From: Gekko japonicus
Lineage: Eukaryota
Length of the DNA: 64,000 nucleotides
NCBI RefSeq assembly: GCF_001447785.1
Contig: NW_015161963.1
Span: 1-64,000 of the forward strand
Direction of reading: 5' to 3'
Shown here: one piece after another, positions 12,230 through 22,335 of the stretch
How the letters are laid out: each line of letters opens with the position of its first letter
How positions within the stretch are numbered: the first letter of the stretch is position 1
The notes under the pieces: model-generated
What the model was told of the DNA's origin: nothing
Databases searched by the model: none
The model's input: the letters and a program-made list of their open reading frames with translations, nothing else
Position numbers and translations under genes: made by a program

Positions 12230-12731
12230 GAATGAATGAATTTTATTGTTACGGCACCCAGCCAGCAAAATAAAACCATAGAAATACAAATAAACTACAA
12301 TGGCCTAATAGTAAAATTTCCAAAGTGCAACAAGGTACTAAAAAATAACATTATACAATCATTTTGGTCGCTAAAACCAGACTTAAGATTACAATAAAAC
12401 ACGATAAAAGGAAAAGAACTGAGATGACTTGGAAAGAGTAAAAGTTAAAATCAAACAGTCCTAACCGAAGTGACAACCAGGGCACTGATGAGCTTTTATA
12501 ACCAAGGAGCAAAATTTTGCAATCTGATGGAGCGCTGTATGTTCAAGGTTAAAAAACAAGTTTTCCATCTTATCCTGATCAGACGTGCCTGCCAAAAAAG
12601 GCTCAATGAGTTTTGTGCGCGCCTCTTCAAATAACGGGCACCTTAAGAATACATGCTCCTGAGATTCGATCTCCCCCAACGCGCACATACATAACCTCTC
12701 TGTTCGGGGTAATTTTTTAAATTTGCCCGTT
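12230..12731 (-). mobile_element. 5'-truncated LINE 3' end (ORF2 C-terminal zinc knuckle, RTEX/L2-like) with a short (TTCA)n tail
   Basis: Minus-strand peptide GKFKKLPRTERLCMCALGEIESQEHVFLRCPLFEEARTKLIEPFL (C..C...H-x4-C), followed by an AT-rich UTR, AATAAA and the microsatellite tail. Confidence 0.75.
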
Positions 12732-13528
12732 TATGGCATGGTTATTGAGGCCATTTGGCCTCACCATTTGGCTTGCAACAGGAAACAAGACACAGCATGT
12801 TATCAAAAGACATCACAGGAGAAGGCATGTGAATATAAAAGCAATATTTCTATACAAGTTGTTGTGTACAGAATCCAAAATGGCTCCTGTTGACTTCTGT
12901 GAAAGTTGGGAGGAGCTCATCACCTTCAGACATGAGCTGCAAGCCTTTGGAATCAATAAAGCAGCTTAATGTGTCTCAGGCCTCAAACTGGGTTAAGATC
13001 TATGACCATAAATTTATTTGAACCAGTAAAAAATAATTCCCTTCTTCAGATTGGTGGGAAATAAAGGGGTGTCCAGCATGGTGTGCTGAGGATGCAATGT
13101 AGGATTTTAAGAATACATATTTTTGTATCTGGATATAGCAGTTTGTAGTTATAGGTCAATTCAGGGAGCTATAAATTTTCAAATCTGAAGCAACTTAAAG
13201 AGTATGAGGGACACAATTTAGTGGCATTTGCAAACTGGTAAGCTATATTAGGCTGGGTTGCCAAGCTTTTCAATTGGCCTATGTAACTGTGCCTTTAAAT
13301 GAATGATTTGATGCACCAACATTAGCAAGTAATAGTGTTTATCTGCATGCTTTGCAAGGCTTCCACTGTTGATATCTGCAGTCAGGCTGCAGCAGAACAA
13401 CACCAGAACAGGACAGTGTAAATATTGAAAACAGTTGGAAACCAGACAGGTCTCTTCTGTTCTTCCTTGCACAAGCCTTATTCACTTGTCTTGAACAGCA
13501 TCAGAAAACCAAGTTGTCTGTTGGTCAT

Positions 13529-14769
13529 TGTACAGGTATTTGCCCACCCAAGCCAGTCCAGGAATGGGAGGGAATCCTGTACTTTTTCAGTACATTAAAC
13601 AACAAACCACGAGATGGTCTACACCCTCATTGGATTCAGAACAATGTGCCACCAGAACCTCTTTTCACTAGTCCCTGCCTTTCCTAAGGGAGAGATTCCA
13701 AACCCTTAGTTAGCATCTGGGATTTAACACACTAGCAACTCAATCTAGAGATGCACACTTTTTACCAAGGTAGCATATGGGGTGAGCTTTTAGGCCACAG
13801 GATTTAGCCTTGGAATTCAGGTACAACATCAGAAACCATTTAACAATCAGAAGGATCTTTATTAAGTACAGAGATTAGCATACACTACCAGAGATTACAA
13901 AATAACAATGGCTAGGGCTCTTTGCCTTAACTAAACATTAATGATTCATATTTACCACATCAGGAGGATTCTTCAGTCCAAGATAGTCCGAGTACCAAGG
14001 GATTTTAAGGAGAAATCCCATCCTTGCACCCATGTGCTCCAGTTCACAAAGCAACTCTTTGTCTCTCATGAGGCAGCATTTCCAGGTGCAATAAGACAGG
14101 CAGCACGAGGAAGAAGAGAGAGCTAAGCAAGAGAGCAGCCAGAGCAAGCAAGGTCTCATTCCCATAGGGATCGATCAATTATAGCCCAATTCCAGTCACA
14201 ATTAGCCGTGGCCATCAGCCAATTGTTGGTTGTCATAGCTGCAACACAGGAATGGCTAGAAGTTTGGAGCCCCGCCTGCAGTCATCTGACCCCAAACTCC
14301 AGCTACTTCATTTTGTACGTGACTAGTCGCATGTGGGCCAGAAAGTGTACAGAACCTATAAAGGTTAGTCAAGAATAGAAAAGGGCCAACTCTTAAAATC
14401 TAATTATGAAACCTAAAAAATATACATGTATTTATTAAACACAAATTAAAATAACAAATAAGGGCCCATTCATACCTCATATACAAATATAAAAACATAC
14501 AAAGGCTGATGAAATAGACCTAGTGCGTTTCGGCCTTTACAGGCCTTCCTCAGAGGTCTAATACAAATAGACCATGTTGGCTGATATGTAAAAATATATA
14601 CAATCATACATATACAGAATATGCAATAGAGACCAGAGAACAGTTGTTCCAAAGTTTAACCACTGGGCAAAGAAGAGGAATACAAAAATACAAATACGGC
14701 CTCCAGTGCAATCACATGTCCAGTAGTACTTCTCTCTGGTCAACCTATATATTCTCCTGAGCCTGTACA
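13529..14769 (-). mobile_element. LTR-like repeat, copy 2 (possible solo LTR bounded by TGTACAGG...CCTGTACA) with a nested hammerhead-bearing AT-rich segment
   Basis: Homology to 11808-12228; 8-bp inverted termini with TG...CA; flanks GTCAT / GCCAA match only 3 of 5. Confidence 0.45.
14515..14560 (-). ncRNA. Minimal type I hammerhead-ribozyme-like motif (PLE/retrozyme type; cleavage triplet mutated)
   Basis: Minus strand reads UAGACCU-CUGAGGA-A-GGCCU(GUAA)AGGCC-GAAA-CGCA-CU-AGGUCUA: a 7-bp stem I, a 5-bp stem II with a GNRA loop, and conserved core boxes. Confidence 0.75.
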
Positions 14770-15274
14770 GCCAAATGTTCCCAATGAAATGTTTCTTAAG
14801 TTAAAAGCTGGACATGTGGATATAGAAAGCAGGAAGCAATTTTTCTATACAGTCAGCCAGGTTGAATGTTAAGTTAATTGAAAGCATTCTGTCTTCCAAC
14901 AGCACTACAGAGCACAAATTTATTTTTTCCTCACCATTTTTATAAGCCTCCTCCTGACCTGTACATGACTCCTGTTCTCAATGCAGAGAGAATTCCAGAC
15001 AGGTACTGTTTTCTCCTGCTGTCAGGTTGTAGTAGTCTAGCCACCCACTCTACTGCTCACTCTAGCAAGCCTTCTGCCTCCCACCCACCTTTAGTCTGGC
15101 TCACTTCATAAAGTATGTGGCTATAGCAGGAGACACTGCACCTGCAGAAGTTCTCCCCCCCCCCCCTTTCCTTGAGTTCATAAAAGATAAATTCAGCCTT
15201 AAAAATAAGTCTAGAAAAACGATTGACTAACATAAACTTCACTAATGTGTACACTCACACACACGTTTCTGATA

Positions 15275-15470
15275 TTTATTTACTTCATTTATACTCTGCC
15301 TTCCTCCCCAATGGGGACCCAAAGCAGCTTACATCATTCTCTCCTCCACTGTATCCTCACAACAACCCTGTGAGGTAGGTTAGTCTGAGAGAGTGTGACT
15401 GGCCCAAAGTCACCCAGTGAGCTTCCATGGCAGAGCAGGGATTGCAACCTGGATCTCCCAGATCCTGGCT
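15275..15470 (-). mobile_element. MIR/L2-tailed tRNA SINE; related copies at ~1858-2080(-), ~16260-16490(-), ~24485-24710(-), ~32865-33060(+) and ~51790-52410(+, interrupted)
   Basis: Shared core CCTCACAACAACCCTGTGAGGTAGGTTAG...TGACTGGCCCAAGGTCACCCAG across the copies. Confidence 0.7.
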
Positions 15471-15908
15471 CTGTGGTGTACTTACTTAACTGTAACCTAA
15501 AAAGTGGGCTGGGGGAAACATTTGTAAAACTTCCGGTATTGGTCACCGGGTGGCAGGCCTTATTTGCTACTGGTGACAAAGCTGGATCATAACAGGTAAG
15601 GAGAAGTAGCCACTGTTCTTAGGACTAGATATTATTTAATATGATTAGACAAGCAGGGGGCCCACAAGGAATCTGATTTTCCCCTCTCCCACTATTTCCT
15701 CTTAAGTCCCCTCATAGCCTTTCCCCTTTTCCTGCTTCCCTCTTTCCAACCCATCAGCCAGCCTGCCTTTATCTGCTCACCCCTCATTTTCAGCTTTCCC
15801 TCCTTCCCTCACAATGGCAGCCTCTCCTGGGAAAACTCTGACCAAGTTGCTTAGAGCTGATTGAGCTGGGCTCAGTTGCACAACTGGGAACCTGCAAGGA
15901 CTTGCAGG

Positions 15909-16105
15909 CAGTGTTCCCTCTAAACAGAGTTAGTGTGAGCTAGCTCACAGCCTCTGGCTCACACATTTTTGTCTTAGCTCAGGAAGGATGGCTCCAGAGC
16001 AAACTAATTTATGCAGCAGCCAAATCACTCATTCACAACTTTAATGCCAGTAGCTCACAAAATAGATTTTTGCTCACAAAACTCCACAGCTTAGAGGGAA
16101 CATTG
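15909..16105 (+). mobile_element. hAT MITE, family A copy 1
   Basis: TIRs CAGTGTTCCCTCTAA / TTAGAGGGAACATTG; perfect 8-bp TSD CTTGCAGG. Confidence 0.9.
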
Positions 16106-19100
16106 CTTGCAGGGGGTACATCACTTTCCATTATATCTCCTCCCTATGTTATTTCCTCTTTCCCTTCTGTCAGTCACAATAGCCTCTCCCCTTTGACTTC
16201 TTCCTTCCCAGCCCACCAACCCAATTACCTTTTATCTGCCCCCCCCCCATCTTAAGCATGTTTATTAGTTGTTTACTTCATTTATATTCCACCTTTTCCC
16301 ATAATGGAGACCCAAAGCAGCTTACATCATTCTTCTCTCCTCTATTTTATCTTCACAACAACCTGTGAGGTAGGTTAGGCTGAGGATATATGACTGGCCC
16401 AAAGTTAAGCCAGTGTGCTTCTTCTGCACCATGGGAATTTCAACCTGAATCTCTGAAATCCTAGTCTAACCACTATACCACACTGGCTTTCATGGAGTGG
16501 CTGCTGTTGAATGGTAGCAAGCACCTAGGCTTGGGTGAGTCATGCATGTCACATAGTAGCACATCAGCTGCTGGCTGCTGCTGGGCCAGCTGCCACTGAA
16601 TCCTCCCACAAAGACCAAAACAGCCCTGAGAAGTGCCCTGCCCAGTCCCCCGATCTTTACTGATAAATACCAAGGCTTGAAGGCTGGCAATACTGTTGTC
16701 TAGCAATGTCCACTGACAGTATTCATTAATTAAAGGCACAGTTGCTGCCTCTGTTATTTTGCGGGGATAATCCCCAAATGTATTTCTAATAGATTTCATA
16801 TTCGTCTGCAAACCTGGGGTTTTCTCAGGTTTGTAGGAAGACCTGTCTTGTATGTTCATGGCTCCAGTCTCTGGATATAAGTTTGCACAGATTCAGTTAT
16901 GTTGAGAATTAGGTATATTGATGATGATGCTGTTGTAACAGCTGCAATCTTTAACTGGATTATGAGCCAAGGACACAAGCCATCAGAAATTCTTGTGCAT
17001 AAGCCCCCAGTTGGATTTCATTGAAATGGTGAGCTGTAGAGGAGGTCAGTCCAGTGGGCTGTGCCTTAAAGCTTCAGTTGGTTGATTGTTGAGGGCTGTT
17101 TTTAAATTAGCAAGACTGCAAATTAAATACAAACTTGGGAATGAAAAAAGTAATTAAAGATTGTCTTTCCCACCAACAAACACCACGGTGTTGTGTGCAT
17201 TAAATTATAAGCCATTTTACACTTCTTTTTTGACATTTCAAAAAGACTCCGGTATTGTGCTTTTGGTAACATGTAAATTTACGTCGGTTTCATTTACTAA
17301 TTGATCTCTGTGTTTTAACAATTAAGTATCTCTGTTCTGCCTTTCTAATTAAGAAAGAATAGCACACAAGGTGGCTTACAAGTCCAGGGGCCAGTCAGCA
17401 GTCCAGATGCTGTGCTCTGAACCAGCTGAATTTTCCAAACAGTCTTCAAATTCCCAAGACTGGCAACAAGGAAGTGTAGCTTTGCTGTGAGCACACCGCT
17501 TTTTTCCTCCCCCATTTTGCATAGCTGCTGCTTGGAAGTCAATTGTAGAAAGCTGGACTTAGCTCCCTCTAGTTTCAGTTTAAGGCAACAGGCACTGCAT
17601 ATGTAAATATCACAATGATCTAATAACAATTCTAGTTTGAAATCAGATCAGAATTAATTACTAAGAAGCATTGCTGCAGCAAAGAAGAAGAATACACACA
17701 CACACACACACATTTGATGGCATTCCAAGGTATTCTAGGAAGCACAGTGGAAATTTATCAGGAGGCCCCTCTTTGAGAAAGCCAGTAATGGAGGATAAGC
17801 TTCTTTTCTGTCACACACAGCCAGGAAGGTGTTTCTAGAGTGGTTCACAAAGGGTAGTGGTTCGACTTGGGGGATGAAGGGATGTGAGGTGAAGTGAGCC
17901 GAATGTATACTCTCAAGCATGCTCCAAAATCCTTTGCAAAACAACTGTGCCAAGGTTTCCTCAGCACACAAGTTGACATGAAAAGACTTGAGGTTTGAAA
18001 ACCACTGGCATAGCATATGGTTCTCAAGATGTTACTGCTGTGGTTCTCAAAGCAGTGGGGCAAGTCCCGTGGAGTTCCAGACAAGGGAGAAGATCCTGTA
18101 AACAGCAGAATCAAAGATTTTGTCTAGCGACAAAGAGAAGACTTAGTATGTTAGTCTAGTATGTTAACAATGGGACCGTCAGAGAGTTGGAGAATATTCA
18201 AGAGCACCTGATCATGTCATTTCTTCCCCATTCTTACCTATTTTAACCTTTTAAGGTCAACCCAAGATTTTAAGACACCTTGCATGCGATCACAAGAGGT
18301 AGAAAATTGATCTCAGTAGGTACTCTTGGTGTCTACAGCAGAAAGATATCAGCATGGCAGTCACTCTAGGCCACTTTGCTGGTGATGGTGGGTGGGAGAC
18401 ACAAGTGGCCTGTCGGAAGAGTGTGGTGTATGTGAGGAAAGTAAAGTTTTCATAGGATGCCACCTTTTTGCCCTGCTGGGACATAGAAATTTAAAAGCCT
18501 CGTACTAGAGGAAAACTCCAACATGCTGATAATTCTTCCAGGGCAAATATTACTGGTGGATTGTTGTTCTCTCCTAGCTGTCTTGCCCAGAGGGGCTGTA
18601 GACTGACCAAGACCAGACAGTGTAATATAAAATGGTGCTGTCCTTCAGGCTAGTTTATACATTTAGTAGCCCTCTTGCAGTTGATTCTGGCATTGTGAAG
18701 GGCCTCCAGAACACTCATGCAGAGGTATGGTTGGATGACCTGGTACATCCACATGGGACCTATCCACGTAGCCCTATGGCTGCTGTGATTTAAGTGGCTT
18801 TGTTGTGGTGCTGACTTGTTCAAGTTGTGTCTCCTGACTGCATCTCCACCAACAGCTCTCCACTCTACCAACAGCAGTAGCATTAAGGATTGTTGGGAAA
18901 GTTACTGGCCATTGATGAGATATTCACTTCTGGGGCATCATTTTCCACAGAGTACTTTGACAGCATGATGTCCTTATTTATACACAGAGATAAACATCTT
19001 AGCTAGCCTATCCTTACATGGAGCCAGTCCTTGAAGTTCAGCATTGTCTATTGGAATGGTAAGGGGGAGGAGAAAATACCTTGTTTCCATTGTAATTGGG

Positions 19101-19703
19101 GAGCAGTTCTTGGGTACTTCTTCACCTGGCACTTGTCAATCACATAGAACAATCCTAAAATTAGGGGGGAAATCTGACTCTCAAAAAACTAAATTTGTAT
19201 TGCCTGAAAAATAGAAATTAAAAAGCATTCACAAACCCAGTGCTTTTCCCAAATTATTACAATGCCGAATGAGTTTCTTCCTTTTCTAATCTTTCTTACT
19301 TCCTGCCTATTAGCAGGAAATTTCCAGCCTCCATGGAATAAGCTCAGAGACATCTACATCCATAGAACAGTTGAAACTTCAAGAGGTATTTCTTAAACAC
19401 TGTTATTTTCTTTTTAAAAAAAACTTCTCTAATTATGGTATATTTATCTGTCTTTGCAATGTTTGACAGGAAAGCACTGGTGTTTTCGTTTAGAAATACT
19501 AACACCACTCTTGATAACATTTGACTGTATTTTAAAGACATTAACATCTTACATCTTTAAATGTTTAGTTAACGGCAGACCTGATTTCTTCTCTATTAAT
19601 TTCTGATAGCTTATTTTTTTATTTCCAAACTGCAGTGTTACATTTCTGACCCTTTTAAAAACAAGTTTATTTTTGCTGATCCAGTCAGTAACTAACTTTG
19701 ACA

Positions 19704-19920
19704 AATTCAGGTGGGTAGCTGTGTTGGTCTGAAGCAGCAGAACAAACTTTAAATCCAGTGGCACCTTTAAGACCAACAACATTTTATTTAAAGTGTAAGC
19801 TTTCATGTGCAAGCACACTTTCTCACACAATATTGTCTGAGGAAGTGTGCTTCCACACGAAAGCTTACACCTTAAATAAAACTTTGTTGGTCTTAAAGGT
19901 GCCATTGGACTCTAAATTTA
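19704..19920. mobile_element. Inverted pair of Penelope-like terminal repeats (palindrome centred near 19831)
   Basis: TCCAGTGGCACCTTTAAGACCAACAA ... TTGTTGGTCTTAAAGGTGCCATTGGA; the right arm carries an intact hammerhead core. Confidence 0.75.
19834..19869 (+). ncRNA. Minimal type I hammerhead ribozyme motif (PLE-associated, dimer-type)
   Basis: UGU-CUGAGGA-A-GUGUG(CUUC)CACAC-GAAA-GC-UU-ACA: all core boxes present, palindromic AGCU stem III, 3-bp stem I. Confidence 0.65.
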
Positions 19921-21235
19921 ACAAAGAAAGAAGGGACTACAGCAACAGAAAGGCACTATTTTATCTGTGATATTTTCATTATGAGTTAGTAGTGTATGAA
20001 ACTTATAAAGAGGAGACAATCCTCTAGGAATCTGTCCTGAACAAGTCACACTGAAATGAATGGCAGCTATACATGCAAGAGCATTTCAGTGGGGTCTGTG
20101 AAGGAGAATTTCCCAGTGGATTTTCTTCACAATCATTTTCTGAGATTTGCTTGTATTTATGGGGTTTGCTGGGTTTTGTTTTTATAATTCTGAGTATTCA
20201 GTCATTTTTAACTGCAACTCATGTTCTTTCTAGCAGCCCCATAAATATGTATATGTATATGTTTCAGTCTGAATCATATCCAGATTTCACTGACATCATT
20301 TTCCTGGTTCTTATTGTCTAATTTAGTGTGGCTGATTAAGTTTTTCTTCTTGTCCATTGATTAGGAAATAGCACTTTAAAATTATATTCTGGGTTTCTTT
20401 CCAAATAATATTTTTTACTAAATGAAAGCTGCACCTATTTTGCTCAGCGCTATGTCACTAGAGGTTATATTAGAAGCTTATATTTTCATTTTAAAAATTT
20501 CATTGTTTGTAATGGCAGGGTCATTTCCTAATGAAGTTAATTTGTTATCATTTTGATTTTGTCCTGGATCTGGAAGACGGTAGAATCTATTGCTTAATGT
20601 TCTCACAGGACTTGATCCAAAATCTGTTGAAACAAAGAGAAACTTTGTAATTGAGTTTTATTAACACAACATGTATTGGACTGTTGTACATAATACAATC
20701 TGTATTGGACAGTGCAATGAGGGTAGGCAATATTTGATAGGGAAAGGAAATGATGTGGGATTACTCCTGTAGTGGAGTTTATTATCATGTTCCAGTTTTC
20801 ACCTGAATATTTCTGAACAATTCAGGGCCTTTATGGTCCATTGGAAAAGTAGCCCCAATCTAATAAGAAGTCTAGCCTGATATCCTTGCTATGGGATGAG
20901 CAGGACACTTACTACAGAGTGGGAGTACTCCCTAACTTGCATGCAAGATGTGAGCTCTCCCACTCTAACCATTTGAACAAGTACACTCCTGTCTCAAGCA
21001 TAGGTGGATTCTTCAGTTTGCATATTCAGGCCATGATTTCTCATAATACTGTCACTCTTCCATTATGTACTATTTTGCATAATTTAGTCTAGCACTGCTA
21101 GCCTTGGGAAGAGAAAGGAACCACAAGGAATTTCATACAGCCAATTTGGTGGTTTCAGAGATTTCAGTGGGCATGGCTCACCTCGCATACTACTTGCTGA
21201 AATTCCTGACAAAGCTGAATCTGGGACATATTCAC

Positions 21236-21266
<31 letters not shown>

Positions 21267-21588
21267 CTGATTTTCCTCACACCCCTTTTCGTTCACTTCT
21301 CTGATAAGCCTTCTCTCCTAGTACCTTTCCTTGCTCTTTTTTCCACAGAAATGTTAGCTGTTCTTTAGTTTTTTTCCTGTCTTCTCTGCACCTCAAAGAG
21401 CTGCCCTTTTTCTGTCTGGCAAGTCACCTTCCATTTGTCCCCGTCCCCCCCCCTTCTGTGCTGCCTCTTCCAGTTGAGCCTTTCCTACCTCACCGTCATT
21501 GTTTCCTTTCCCTTCATCTTTAGTCTGTCCATCTTACTTGGATAGAAGGTCTTCTGGCTGGACTCCTAGAACATTCTTCTCAGAATGA

Positions 21589-21916
21589 AATTCAGTTCAG
21601 ACATCAAGCAAAACCATAGTTTATTTTAACTATAGTTGGTTTGTGAAAACAGAATTCGCTCACTGACAAACAAAACCTGGTTTGCCTCAACAATTGCGGG
21701 TTTCATTCTCTCCCTACTTTGGGAGCATTGCTGGAGGGCAAGCCAGGATCATGGCGGGATGTCAAAATCTGTATATCAAGCAAAGCCATAATTATGGCTA
21801 ATTGTGATTAATAAATCAACTTTAAGATCCTGTCTTTAGTTCCTGGTTTGACAGACCAAAACTAACCATAGTTTGCTTAACTAAACCCTGGTTTTCCACG
21901 ATATCTAAACTGAGCC
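21589..21916. mobile_element. Old MITE with imperfect TIRs and AAACCATAGTTT subterminal repeats (Harbinger-like)
   Basis: Left end TTCAGTTCAGACATCAAGCAAAACCATAGTTT versus the reverse complement of the right end, CTCAGTTTAGATATCGTGGAAAACCAGGGTTT. Confidence 0.5.
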
Positions 21917-22197
21917 AAAGTGTTAATGACTCGTAATAGTAGCAAATGTTTTGGCTTCCTGTAGTTTTTTTTTTTTGGGGGGGGGGGTCTCAGATTGAAA
22001 TGACTCACTTCTGTAAGCCTCTAAGTGATTAATATATTCAAACTGCAGGTTCTGCCCAACTGAATCAGCATAACATTTTGACAGCTTTTTATTTTATGTG
22101 GATATTAATTCTTCAGCCACTTTTTAAAACCCTGTCATATTTATTACCTTCAGTTAAAATTCTTTTCCCCCTGACCTGAATTGGGTAGTCCAGGCTA

Positions 22198-22335
22198 GCC
22201 TGATCCTGTCAATTCTTGGAAGCTAAGCAGGGTTGGCCTTGGCTAGTATTTGGAAAGGTGACCTCCAAGGAATACCGGGGTTGTGATGCAGAGGCAGGCA
22301 ATGGCAAACCACTCCTGAAATGTCTCTTGCCTTTA
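22198..22335 (+). mobile_element. 5S rRNA-derived SINE with a BovB/Sauria-type tail (5S-Sauria-like)
   Basis: GGAAGCTAAGCAGGGTTGGCCTTGGCTAGTATTTGGA...GGAATACCGGG matches the 5S internal control region, followed by GGCAATGGCAAACCACTCC. Confidence 0.75.
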
